Below are positions 1 to 9,244 of a DNA stretch of 64,000 nucleotides, one piece after another; positions within the stretch are counted from its first letter, which is position 1, and every line of letters begins with the position of its first letter. Below the pieces are notes generated by a model. It was given only the letters and a program-made list of their open reading frames with translations. It did no database searches and was not told the DNA's origin. The position numbers were made by a program, and so were the translations under genes. Source of the stretch: an uncultured virus (IMG/VR IMGVR_UViG_3300046513_000217) (Duplodnaviria; Heunggongvirae; Uroviricota; Caudoviricetes). The stretch lies in the IMG/VR virus record IMGVR_UViG_3300046513_000217; one strand, 5' to 3'.

Positions 1-449
1 TGAACGCCGTCGCGGTCCACTCCCTGACCCTCAAGGCGATGGTGAAGGCCGACCTGATCGACTTCGTGCCCGACAGCCAGGGCAAGCTGACGGTCCCCAC
101 CTACCTCGGCAAGAGCGTCATCGTCGACGACGGCATGCCGGTTTCGGGCTCCGGCTCGACCCGCGTGTTCACCTCCTACATCTTTGGCCCCGGCGCCATC
201 GGCTACGGCGAGAAGTCGCCCAAGGTGCCGGTGGAAGTCGAGCGCCAGGCTCTGAAGGGCATGGGCCAGGAGTACATCGTCAACCGCCGTCAGTGGGTCA
301 TGCATCCGCGCGGCGTGAAGTGGCTCGGCGGCACCCAGGTCGGCGTGACCCCGGCGAACTCCGAGTTGGCGACCACGACCAACTGGCAGCGCGTGTACGA
401 TCCCAAGATCGTCCGCATCGTCGCCTTCAAGCACATGCTGGCGTCGTAA
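1..449 (+). CDS. Major capsid protein, C-terminal part (begins before window)
   Basis: Open frame from window start; YLGKSVIVDDGMP...RRQWVMHPRGVKW...NWQRVYDPK typical of HK97-fold capsid C-termini; followed by hairpin and neck genes. Confidence 0.8.
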   Translation, partial: NAVAVHSLTLKAMVKADLIDFVPDSQGKLTVPTYLGKSVIVDDGMPVSGSGSTRVFTSYIFGPGAIGYGEKSPKVPVEVERQALKGMGQEYIVNRRQWVMHPRGVKWLGGTQVGVTPANSELATTTNWQRVYDPKIVRIVAFKHMLAS

Positions 450-461
450 GCTGAAACACAA

Positions 462-491
462 GACCCTCCTCGGGAAACCGGGGAGGGCTCT
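462..491 (+). terminator. Hairpin after capsid gene
   Basis: gaccctcctcgg-gaaa-ccggggagggctc stem-loop; weak U-tract. Confidence 0.5.
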
Positions 492-512
492 GTGTGACCT
501 CTGGAGATTTTC

Positions 513-944
513 ATGAATGGAACGAAGGGTTTTCGGACCCGCGAGGCGGCTGCATACCGCAAGAACCGCTCGCATCGTCTGACCTCGGAAGAGATCAGGG
601 CAGCTCGTTTCGCCAACCTGCACGGCAATGCCGAAGCGCCGGTTGTCGCTGCTGAGCCCGTCGAGCCCGTCGTTGACGTGGTCGGAACGGAAGTGATCGC
701 AGACGCGCCGGCCGACGAGACCATCGTCGCTGACGAAGCTGGCGATCAGACCGGTGACGAAGCCGGCGAAGGTGCTGGTGACGAAGCTGGTGACGAAGCT
801 GCCGACGAGGCGGGTGACGAGACTGGCGATGAAGCCGGTGACGAGGACAGCGACGAGGATGAGGCTGAGGCTGATGCCGGCGCCGACAAGTCCAAGAAGA
901 CTGCCGCCAAGAAGAAGGCCAAAGCCAAGGCCAAGGCCAAGTAA
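513..944 (+). CDS. Acidic low-complexity protein (GDEA repeats, Lys/Ala tail)
   Basis: GGAG RBS; 12-nt repeats encoding GDEA; position between capsid and neck genes. Confidence 0.65.
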   Translation: MNGTKGFRTREAAAYRKNRSHRLTSEEIRAARFANLHGNAEAPVVAAEPVEPVVDVVGTEVIADAPADETIVADEAGDQTGDEAGEGAGDEAGDEAADEAGDETGDEAGDEDSDEDEAEADAGADKSKKTAAKKKAKAKAKAK

Positions 945-950
945 GGAACT

Positions 951-1382
951 GTGATGGGCTACGCCAGCAAGGAAGATATCGACGAGCTTTACGGCACCGA
1001 TCTCCTGGTCCGCGTAGCCGATTACAATCGAGACGGCGCGCCGGACCCCGAGGTTATTTCCAAGGGGCTCCAGGCGGCCGACGAAATTTGCGACGCCTAC
1101 CTGTCAGCCGCATATACGATCCCTGTTGTTCCCACGCCCGGCGTGGTGAAGAACTGCGCGATCGACATTGCCGTCTACAAGATGGCGCTCGGCCGCACCA
1201 GTCGCACCGACGAAATGCGGGTTCGCTACGAGGACGCGCTGGCGCTGCTGGATAAGATCTCCACCGGCAAGGTTGGTCTGGGCCTGCCGCCCGAGACAAC
1301 CGACAACGGTGACGGCACCTCGACCACGACCAACCCGAACATCCGGCGCTCCGGAGGGTCGTTCGACTGCGGTAGGGCGTAA
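951..1382 (+). CDS. Head-tail adaptor (Mu gp36/DUF1320-like)
   Basis: YASKEDI...ADEICDAYL..Y.IP...CAIDIAVY...RYEDALALL..I..GK pattern. Confidence 0.8.
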   Translation: MMGYASKEDIDELYGTDLLVRVADYNRDGAPDPEVISKGLQAADEICDAYLSAAYTIPVVPTPGVVKNCAIDIAVYKMALGRTSRTDEMRVRYEDALALLDKISTGKVGLGLPPETTDNGDGTSTTTNPNIRRSGGSFDCGRA

Positions 1383-1870
1383 TGGCCGACCTGCAAGTCA
1401 AGATCGACTCCGGCGATATCCGGAAGCTGAACAAGCGCATCGCCCAGCTGATGCACGACACGCTCCACCTCGAAGAGGTCTATGCGGAAGCCGCCGAATA
1501 CATGAAGCGGTCGACGGTCAATCGCATCGTGCGGTCCAAGACCGGCCCTGACGGCGATCGTTGGGCGGCGCTGCGCGAAGTTACGATCAAGCTCAAAGAG
1601 GGCAACGACAGCATCCTGTTCGATAGCGGCGACCTCTCCCGAGGCATCCAGATCGAGGACGTGAACCACGACGGTTTCGTGCTCGCATCGACCGCTTTGA
1701 ACAAGGAAGGTGAGCCCTTCTCTTCGTACCTGCAGGACGGCGTCAAGCGCACCCGGGGTATGATCAAGGGCAAGAAAATTCCGCCTCGGCCCTTCATGGG
1801 CTTCTCTGACGAAAACAAGCGACGGATCGCCAAGATGATCCGCGATTATCTGGCGCATGGAGGCGACTGA
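1382..1870 (+). CDS. Virion morphogenesis/tail completion protein (Mu gpG/P2 gpS-like)
   Basis: GPDG.RW..L, L.DSG.L, IPPRPFMGFS motifs. Confidence 0.8.
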   Translation: MADLQVKIDSGDIRKLNKRIAQLMHDTLHLEEVYAEAAEYMKRSTVNRIVRSKTGPDGDRWAALREVTIKLKEGNDSILFDSGDLSRGIQIEDVNHDGFVLASTALNKEGEPFSSYLQDGVKRTRGMIKGKKIPPRPFMGFSDENKRRIAKMIRDYLAHGGD

Positions 1871-2451
1871 TGAGTAAGATCGTCGACTTCCGGAACCGGA
1901 TCATCGAGACGATCAAGGCCATGTACCCCGACATGGATGTCGACTGGTACGACGGCCTGTTCGACGAACACGACATCGCCGAGTGGACAGTGAAGACGCC
2001 GAGCGCTCGCGTGGCCGTCATGAACGCGCCGGGCGAGCACGAGACGACGGGCGAACTGAATGCCCGCCTCCGCTGCGTGGTTGTCATCATCGACGAGAAC
2101 CGGTTTGCCGCCCTCGACGGCGACGCTCGCGCCTGGGAGTACGTCGAGAGCATCGCCATCAAGGTGAACCTGAACAAATTCGGCGACCCGAATGCGGCGC
2201 CAGCAACCATGGTCAAATTCCGCCGGATCAGCCAGCCGGTCCTGCGCCGAGAAGGCGTGTCGGTCGGCGTCGTTGAGTGGGAGAGCGCTCTCACCATCGG
2301 CCACAACCGAGTCCGTGAGCGCGACTTCTTCTACCGCCCGGACGGCTCAGAGATCACGCAGGTGCCGCGAAGCACCCACACGCGCGGCTATGTGCATAAC
2401 GCGGCCGGCATGGAGAACAACGAAACGACGGACTTCGACGTCGAGGAGTAA
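1870..2451 (+). CDS. Putative tail terminator/neck protein (Mu gp37-like)
   Basis: Synteny and size; stop/start overlap with upstream gene. Confidence 0.5.
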   Translation: MSKIVDFRNRIIETIKAMYPDMDVDWYDGLFDEHDIAEWTVKTPSARVAVMNAPGEHETTGELNARLRCVVVIIDENRFAALDGDARAWEYVESIAIKVNLNKFGDPNAAPATMVKFRRISQPVLRREGVSVGVVEWESALTIGHNRVRERDFFYRPDGSEITQVPRSTHTRGYVHNAAGMENNETTDFDVEE

Positions 2452-2454
2452 ACG

Positions 2455-3936
2455 ATGAAGGCGCTTCTCTCGATCGAGCGCAGGATGCAGGATCTCGAAC
2501 GCAAGTTCGAGAACAAGGAGCGTCTCGGCAAGATCACCGCGGTCAAATACGAAAAGGACCGCTGGTACGTCAAAATGAACGACGGCGAGGACCAGACCCC
2601 CAGCGGGTCTCAGTCCGGCGCCGATCCCATGGGCGGAGAGGGCACCTTCAAGAGCGACTGGCAGCCCTGGCAGAGCCACTCGCACGGCACCATCAAGTTC
2701 TCTGTCCCGCCGAAAGTCGGGCAGCAGGCGCTACTGCGATCGAGCGGTGGCAATGCCGAGCTGTCCACGGTTGAGCCGCACCACTACGGTCCGCAGGCTC
2801 CATCGCCACACGGCAAGCAGGACGAGACTGTCGGCCTGATCCACGAGAAAGAGGATCAGCAGCACTGGCAGCACCAGACCAAAGACACGCACCACCTCAT
2901 CATCAAGTCCAAGAAGAAGTCGGGCGGCATTGGCGGCCTCGGCGACATCGGCGGCCTTGGTGATCTCGCTGGCATCAGCCAGATGGCCGGCCTGAGCGGC
3001 ATGGACTTCGGCGGCATGATGGGCAACCTGGGCAGCCTGGGTGACCTCGGCAGCCTCGCCAACCTCGACATCTCGAACATCGCCAACATGGCCGGTCTCG
3101 AAGGTCTCGGGCTCGGCAATCTGACGCAGCTCGCGAACGTCGGCGCCATGGCCAACCTGGCCGGATTGCCCGGCCTGTCGCAGCTCGGCAACCTGGTCGG
3201 CATCGCCAAGCAGGTTCAGTCAGGCGGCTTCATGGGCGCGGTTGGCGGCATGATCGGCGGCGGTGCCGGCGGCGGCGCGGGCGTACCGGCCAGCCAAGGC
3301 GGCGGGCAGAAAGCCCAGGCCCCCAAGCTTCCGGAGCCGCCCGAGAACGGCGACGACGGCGTCACGCAGATCAAGTCGACCAAAGAGTTCATCCTCAAGA
3401 CGGTCGGCAAGGACAAGTCCTACTACCGCCAGGACGAGAAGAAGGTCCACCTCCGCTTCGGCGAGGACAAAGAAAAAGCCGACATGCTCATGGACGAGAA
3501 CCAGGTCAAGGTTCAGTTCAAAGAGAAGAAGGCGATGGTCAAATGGACCGAGGAAGATCTCACCGTCCAGATGGGCGATGACGACAAGTCCAAGATCCAC
3601 ATGACCGAAGAAGCCGTTCACCTTTCGCAGGGCGAAAACGCCCACATCGAGATGAAGGAAGACGGCATCCTCTACAAAGTCGGCGATGCGTCGATGTATC
3701 TGGAGGATGGCGGCCTGACCGTCACGGTCGGCGGCACCTTCTGGAAATTCTCAGGCAGTGGCCTGCATCAGACCGGCGGCGACGTCGGCCACAATGGCAA
3801 GGCCATCGGCGACAAACACATCCACGGCTCCACGCCGCCCCCGAGTTTGCCCTTCACGGGTGATATGGGCTCGGCGCATTCCGGCGGCCCAACAGACGCT
3901 GGCGGCGGCCCCGACACCGGGACCGGCACCGCCTAA
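2455..3936 (+). CDS. Baseplate spike protein (gpV-like) with long Gly-rich insertion
   Basis: OB-fold motif SDWQPW...PPKVGQQALL; beta-repeat C-terminal half; HxH metal motif (DKHIH). Confidence 0.75.
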   Translation: MKALLSIERRMQDLERKFENKERLGKITAVKYEKDRWYVKMNDGEDQTPSGSQSGADPMGGEGTFKSDWQPWQSHSHGTIKFSVPPKVGQQALLRSSGGNAELSTVEPHHYGPQAPSPHGKQDETVGLIHEKEDQQHWQHQTKDTHHLIIKSKKKSGGIGGLGDIGGLGDLAGISQMAGLSGMDFGGMMGNLGSLGDLGSLANLDISNIANMAGLEGLGLGNLTQLANVGAMANLAGLPGLSQLGNLVGIAKQVQSGGFMGAVGGMIGGGAGGGAGVPASQGGGQKAQAPKLPEPPENGDDGVTQIKSTKEFILKTVGKDKSYYRQDEKKVHLRFGEDKEKADMLMDENQVKVQFKEKKAMVKWTEEDLTVQMGDDDKSKIHMTEEAVHLSQGENAHIEMKEDGILYKVGDASMYLEDGGLTVTVGGTFWKFSGSGLHQTGGDVGHNGKAIGDKHIHGSTPPPSLPFTGDMGSAHSGGPTDAGGGPDTGTGTA

Positions 3937-3948
3937 CGAAAGAGACCA

Positions 3949-4239
3949 ATGCAGAAAAAGAAGAGCTACATCGTTGCCGCATCCTTTTGGCATGACGGCA
4001 TCCTGCTTCCGGTCGGCAAGGAAATCTGGCTGTTCCCCTCCGAAGCCAAATATCGCGGCCACGCGCTGACGGACCCGGATGCTGTCCAGGCCGTTGCGCC
4101 GGCTCCCGCCGACGAGCAGCCTGCTGCCCCCGTCCAAGCTGAGCCCGAACTCACCGTCGAGGTGAGCGAGGTGGTCGATCCGAAGCCCGCGCGCACCAAG
4201 CGCGTGAAGGCCGCGGGTGCCGAAGATGGCGCAGAGTAA
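3949..4239 (+). CDS. Hypothetical baseplate-region protein
   Basis: ORF between gpV and gpW with genome-typical codon use. Confidence 0.55.
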   Translation: MQKKKSYIVAASFWHDGILLPVGKEIWLFPSEAKYRGHALTDPDAVQAVAPAPADEQPAAPVQAEPELTVEVSEVVDPKPARTKRVKAAGAEDGAE

Positions 4240-4588
4240 CACCACTGAGCACCTGATCGACATCGACCGGTTTACGGGCGAGCTGATCCAGGGATGGGAT
4301 CGCATCAAGCAAAGCATCTACGTGATCCTCACCACCAGGCTGCGTTCACGTTTGATGCGCCTGTGGTGGGGCTCGAAGTTCATCGACATGCAGGACAAGC
4401 CGGGAAACCAGGAAGTCCTCATGGCCGGCATGATGGCTGCGATTGCGGCGATCAACACCTATGAGCCCGAGTTCAAAGTCACCCGCGTCACGATCGACGA
4501 GTTCGATGCCTCGGGAGAGATCACCATCACGATTGAGGGTGTCGACCTCGTGGATGCAGCGCTTCGGCGCGTCAAAGTAGCAATCTAG
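4226..4588 (+). CDS. Baseplate wedge protein (gpW/gp25-like)
   Basis: IKQSI..ILTT...SR.MR...GS...YEP motif. Confidence 0.85.
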   Translation: MAQSNTTEHLIDIDRFTGELIQGWDRIKQSIYVILTTRLRSRLMRLWWGSKFIDMQDKPGNQEVLMAGMMAAIAAINTYEPEFKVTRVTIDEFDASGEITITIEGVDLVDAALRRVKVAI

Positions 4589-4598
4589 CGAGGGTCAA

Positions 4599-5477
4599 AT
4601 GCCCAACTACACGTCGCCCGCGCTGTACATCGACTTCGCGCGGCTGCCGCCTCCGGACGTCATCGAGACGCTCGACTACGAGGATCTCGTCGCCCGATAC
4701 CGGGCTGAAGTCCTCCAGAAGAACAGCAAGCTCGAAGCGGCGCTGAACCTTGAGCAGTCGCCCACCAACATCATCCTGGAGGCGGAAGCGTACGGCGAGT
4801 TGCTGGTGCGTGCCCGCGTCAATGCGGCGGCTCGCGCCGTCATGCTGGCGTTCTCCAAGGGCGCCGATCTCGCCAACCTGGCGGCCTTCTTCGGCGTCGA
4901 ACGCGCTACCGGAGAGACTGATGACAGCCTCCGCCGCCGCGCGCAGCTCGCGCCCGAGGCGTTCAGCACGGCCGGCTCGGAGGGCGCCTACATCTTCCAG
5001 GCCCTGACGGCTGACCCGTCAGTTATTCGGGACGCCACCGCGGTCAAGGTCGACGACAGGGGCCGAGTGAAAATCTGCGTCATGGCCATCGGATCTGATC
5101 CGGTGCCGACGCAAGCGACGATCCTGAAAGTCAGGGATCGCCTCAATTCGAAGGGCATTCGACCGCTCACTGACGTGATCAGCGTCGTGCCGGTGAAGCC
5201 GCTTCGCCAGCAGATCATCGCGAACGTCTCGCTGTACCCCGGCCCGGACTCCGGACTGGTCATGAACGACATCGGCATCGCCCTCAACAAGGTGCGCGCC
5301 AACGTCTCTCTGATCGGCCGAGACCTGACCCGCTCCGCAATAATTTCAGCCCTCAACCAAGAGGGCGTCCAGTCCGTCGACCTGATCTCGCCGGCCGCAA
5401 ACGTCGTGGTTGGCACTGACCAGTGCGCGCTCATCGAGAGCGCAACGATCACGCCGCTTCCGCTCAGGGTGGAGTAA
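4599..5477 (+). CDS. Baseplate J-like protein
   Basis: LPPPDVIETLDYE, ETDDSLRRRAQLAPEAFSTAG, RPLTD motifs. Confidence 0.9.
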   Translation: MPNYTSPALYIDFARLPPPDVIETLDYEDLVARYRAEVLQKNSKLEAALNLEQSPTNIILEAEAYGELLVRARVNAAARAVMLAFSKGADLANLAAFFGVERATGETDDSLRRRAQLAPEAFSTAGSEGAYIFQALTADPSVIRDATAVKVDDRGRVKICVMAIGSDPVPTQATILKVRDRLNSKGIRPLTDVISVVPVKPLRQQIIANVSLYPGPDSGLVMNDIGIALNKVRANVSLIGRDLTRSAIISALNQEGVQSVDLISPAANVVVGTDQCALIESATITPLPLRVE

Positions 5478-5482
5478 GGATT

Positions 5483-6691
5483 ATGGCGACGTTCCCGACG
5501 CGCTTGATGGACCACATCCTGGCGCCGAACGCTACCGAGTATGAGCGTACGCTGGCTTCCCAGGTCGACCGTCTGCTCGATCTGAACATTCCCATCCGGC
5601 TCCTCTGGAACCCGTGGGAGTGTCCCGAGCACCTGCTGCCCTATCTGGCGTGGGCTCTCTCGATCGACCTTTGGGACTCGAGCTGGCCGGTCACCAAACG
5701 ACGCAGTGTCGTGGCGAACGCGGTCAAGCACCATCGCATGAAGGGGACGCTGCAGGGGATTGAGACCTATCTCAATCTCGTGGACAGCAAATTGCTCAAG
5801 GCCAGCGTGCCGCCGAGCACTCTCTTCTCGGGACCGTCCCTGTCCCGGGACCAGCGCGAAGCCTGGCTTGCCAAGCTGCCGCAGGTGAGGGTCTGGCGGC
5901 AGTACGAAAACTCGGTCAAAGGCCGGCGCATCTTCTCCGGTGGCAGCCGCTACAACAGCTTCCTCGCAGGACACTTTCCTGGTCCGAACGATGCCCTGAC
6001 CCGCATGGCGCGCCGCGCCCGCTGGGTGGTCAACGGCACCGAAACGGATACCAGGGTCGAGAACTTCGAGGGACACTTCCGGCTCTTCATCAAGGCGCAG
6101 CGACCCTATTCGGATTTCTGCAACAGGCCCTTCAATCTGAAGAAGAAGTTCCCCCTTCCTTCGACGGCTTACCAGCGCGTCGTTACCATCGAGCCGACCG
6201 TTATCAGCCCCTGGCGCAATTCGATCACGCCTTCGCTGCAAGCAGTCACTTCCGAGCCCGAGCTGATCGCCGTGCCGGGAAACGAAGGTCACGCCGTCTA
6301 CAGCAACCGCATCAACCATGGCCGGTTCTTCATTCCCTCGCGGTCAGGCTTCCGCCTCTACGAGCGGTATGCGGTCAATGACGGGTCGGCGGTCACCAAG
6401 CGTCCTTCGATCCAGTTCATGGGTGTCGGCCGGTACGGCCTCAAGCCCAAGACCGCGGAGCTGAAGGTCCAGATGCAGTCGAAGTGGCCGACGTGGAAGG
6501 CGCGCCTCAATGAGGCCACCTACCCGAAGTCGCGCTTCTTCACGCCGCATGACGGAACGCTGATGGCCAAGAACAGGCAGGCAGTCATCGCAGCCAAGCG
6601 GCTGAGCGACCAGATCCTGCTCGACACGAACACCAAGCCTGGGTTCCTCGCGGGACTGCCGCGCTTCGCAGGCGATCCAATCGTCATCTGA
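5483..6691 (+). CDS. Baseplate/tail protein I (P2 gpI-like N-terminus) with C-terminal extension
   Basis: LWNPWECPEHLLPYLAWALSIDLW...HRMKGT motif. Confidence 0.85.
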   Translation: MATFPTRLMDHILAPNATEYERTLASQVDRLLDLNIPIRLLWNPWECPEHLLPYLAWALSIDLWDSSWPVTKRRSVVANAVKHHRMKGTLQGIETYLNLVDSKLLKASVPPSTLFSGPSLSRDQREAWLAKLPQVRVWRQYENSVKGRRIFSGGSRYNSFLAGHFPGPNDALTRMARRARWVVNGTETDTRVENFEGHFRLFIKAQRPYSDFCNRPFNLKKKFPLPSTAYQRVVTIEPTVISPWRNSITPSLQAVTSEPELIAVPGNEGHAVYSNRINHGRFFIPSRSGFRLYERYAVNDGSAVTKRPSIQFMGVGRYGLKPKTAELKVQMQSKWPTWKARLNEATYPKSRFFTPHDGTLMAKNRQAVIAAKRLSDQILLDTNTKPGFLAGLPRFAGDPIVI

Positions 6692-6766
6692 TTTTAACCC
6701 GACGCATGACGGCCCACTGTTCCGCGGGGAACGGTGGGCTTTGTCGTGCCCAACGTGAGGCCCTCC

Positions 6767-9034
6767 ATGGACCGCCAAGTTCTCTTCCGCGACTATCAGG
6801 AACAGGTCGCGACCGACCACAACAACCTGCAGGACTACGTGCAGAACGCGATGGACAACATCGTGTCCGACGCGGTCAGCAAGGTTCGCAAATACTCCGG
6901 CATGATGATCACCAAGACCGGCCAGGTCGAAGTGACCGTGGGCGCAGGTCGCGTCTATGATACCGGCGCCGTCTATGGTCGACGCGCAGTCCTGACCCAG
7001 TCGCTGGCCACCTACGTGGCCGCCGCCGCCAAGCGCATCGTCACCATCTCGGCCTTCGGCCAGGAAGTGGAGACCGATGTCGAGACCCGCGACTACCTGA
7101 CGGACGTCGACACCGGAACCGTCGAGCCGCGCGCAGTCGCGATGACGCGCTCCCGCGACGCCCAGATCGTGTTCACGGCCGGCGCCGAGGCTGCCGATCC
7201 AGTGCCGCCCGCGGTGCCCGCCACCCATGTGGCGATCGCCAACGTCGTCCTCGACACCACGCAGATCGTTTCGATCGAGATGCTGGACCAGAACGCGGTC
7301 GTCTCGACCGACGCCCTGGATATCCGCACCGATCTGCTCGAAGCCTTCCGTGCCATCATCGAGCCGCGGGTCACCTCGCTGGCTTCCGATCTGGCCGACC
7401 TCGCCAACCGCATCACCGGCCTCAGCAGCCAGTCTGACCTTTCCCGCGTGTACCTCGATCTGGCGCGCGTGAAGGAGAGCCTGCGCTATCCGGAAGACGC
7501 TTCCGGCTTCGACGCCGACTTCTTCCTGCTGGACAACAAGTCGGACTACACCAACGCCAAGCTGCTTGGATACGACGCGAAGGTCCAGGAAGGCATTCGC
7601 TTCAACGACGCCAACGCGAACCAGTTTGAAATTTCGCTGTTCTCGGCGAACGACCCGAACGCGGCTCTGGCCGGCGGCTATCTGATGCCGAAGTACAGCA
7701 GCGTGCTGAAGATCCAGACCGGCTCCTACACCGAGTCGCTCGGCATCGCTCAGTACGGTTACCAGGTGCATTCGATGAAGGTGGGATACATGTCCCGCTC
7801 TCGCGTCCGGTACGGCGGCAGCTACACGGTCTGCACCAACGGCAACAGCTACGGCACGCCCGGTGAAGCCGTCCCCGCGACCAACCTGTACGACTTCCAC
7901 ACGACCCAGTTCAGCACCGTGCAGTCGAACGGCGCGACTTGGGATCATCCCTACGCATGGTCGCGCACGGATTACTACTGGCTCGACACCTGGCAAGAGC
8001 CGTTCATGTACGAGGTCACGACTGATCTCGCCATCACGGGCGCTCAGATTGCTCAGACCTTCCTGGTCTCGAACGACATGATCGCGACCCAGCTCGGCTT
8101 CTACATCACGCAGAAGGCGGCGAACGAAGACATCCACATCGCTCTCTGCGAGGTGATTGCCGGTCAGCCCGACCTCAGCAGGGTTGCTCTGAAGACGACC
8201 TACGCGCAAGCGAACATCGTCACGGGTTGGAACAAGTGTCCGATCCAGCCGACGGCTCTGGCGAAGGGCAAGCGGTACGCCTTCGTGTTCATCTCGAACG
8301 CGAACCACCAGGTGGGCATGACCTCCGGTCAGTCTTATCTGGACGGCACGTTCTTCTACTCGACGGACGGCATCTACTACATGGGCGACCTGACCAAGGA
8401 CATGATGATCCAGGTCTACGGCGCTCAGTTCGCTTCGTCTCAGGTCGCGCTCGAGTTCGCTCCGATCAACCTGGACGGCGGCTTCCGCGATATCGACATC
8501 CTGACCGAACAGTGGGTGCCGGGATCGTGCGAACTCGTCTACGAGATGCGTCCGAACGGCACCGGAGAATGGCAGCCGCTGATCAAGGACAACGCGGGCG
8601 TGCTCGCAGTTGCCCCGCCGCTGGCTCAGTTCAGGGCTCGCTTCATCGGCACGACCGACATGATGCCGATCCTGCATCTGACCGGCTCTCGCGTGACGGT
8701 CTCGCGGCCGAAGACGGCTTTCAAGCACGTCTCGACGACGATGAACGTGCCTGCGTTGGCCAGCGTCGCCAATAACGTGACGTTCGTGAACCTTCTCGAA
8801 ATGTTCGACCCGACGCCGCACACGTACGGCATCACGGTTCGAGTCGGATCGACGGACTACAACCCGGTCACGACCGTGACTGAGGTGAAAGACGCCACGG
8901 CGAAGCGCTACCAGAAGACCTACACGTTCAGTCTCCCGGGCGGCACGACGCAGTTCACGATCCAGCAGACCGGAACGACGAACTCTCCGCAGGTCACGTA
9001 CCACGTCGCCGAGCGGACCTTCTACACCAAGTAA
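6767..9034 (+). CDS. Large baseplate/tail-fibre attachment protein
   Basis: 755-aa beta-rich ORF after gpI with GAGG RBS; synteny. Confidence 0.6.
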   Translation: MDRQVLFRDYQEQVATDHNNLQDYVQNAMDNIVSDAVSKVRKYSGMMITKTGQVEVTVGAGRVYDTGAVYGRRAVLTQSLATYVAAAAKRIVTISAFGQEVETDVETRDYLTDVDTGTVEPRAVAMTRSRDAQIVFTAGAEAADPVPPAVPATHVAIANVVLDTTQIVSIEMLDQNAVVSTDALDIRTDLLEAFRAIIEPRVTSLASDLADLANRITGLSSQSDLSRVYLDLARVKESLRYPEDASGFDADFFLLDNKSDYTNAKLLGYDAKVQEGIRFNDANANQFEISLFSANDPNAALAGGYLMPKYSSVLKIQTGSYTESLGIAQYGYQVHSMKVGYMSRSRVRYGGSYTVCTNGNSYGTPGEAVPATNLYDFHTTQFSTVQSNGATWDHPYAWSRTDYYWLDTWQEPFMYEVTTDLAITGAQIAQTFLVSNDMIATQLGFYITQKAANEDIHIALCEVIAGQPDLSRVALKTTYAQANIVTGWNKCPIQPTALAKGKRYAFVFISNANHQVGMTSGQSYLDGTFFYSTDGIYYMGDLTKDMMIQVYGAQFASSQVALEFAPINLDGGFRDIDILTEQWVPGSCELVYEMRPNGTGEWQPLIKDNAGVLAVAPPLAQFRARFIGTTDMMPILHLTGSRVTVSRPKTAFKHVSTTMNVPALASVANNVTFVNLLEMFDPTPHTYGITVRVGSTDYNPVTTVTEVKDATAKRYQKTYTFSLPGGTTQFTIQQTGTTNSPQVTYHVAERTFYTK

Positions 9035-9046
9035 GGAAATCACCTC

Positions 9047-9241
9047 ATGGCAGGCAAACAGAACGGAGCCGCTCCGGCGGCTCCCGCTATCGACCCGGAG
9101 AAGATCTACCGGCTGACGCTCGCTCGGCCAGTCGAGATCGCACCCAAAATCTGGGCGCGGCCCGGAACGCACGACGTGACCGTCAAGGGCGAGCTGATCG
9201 CCGGCTACGGCGACGCGGTCTCCAGCTACGAAGAGGTCTAA
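9047..9241 (+). CDS. Small tail-associated protein
   Basis: AAGGA RBS; short ORF between tail genes. Confidence 0.55.
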   Translation: MAGKQNGAAPAAPAIDPEKIYRLTLARPVEIAPKIWARPGTHDVTVKGELIAGYGDAVSSYEEV

Positions 9242-9244
9242 TCC

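Noticed and set aside
6344..9172. 942-aa minus-strand ORF, and similar long antisense ORFs at 11673-13658, 21928-24087 and 44576-47695
   Set aside because: They mirror well-supported genes on the other strand; this is the expected shadow of high-GC codon bias and they show no motifs.
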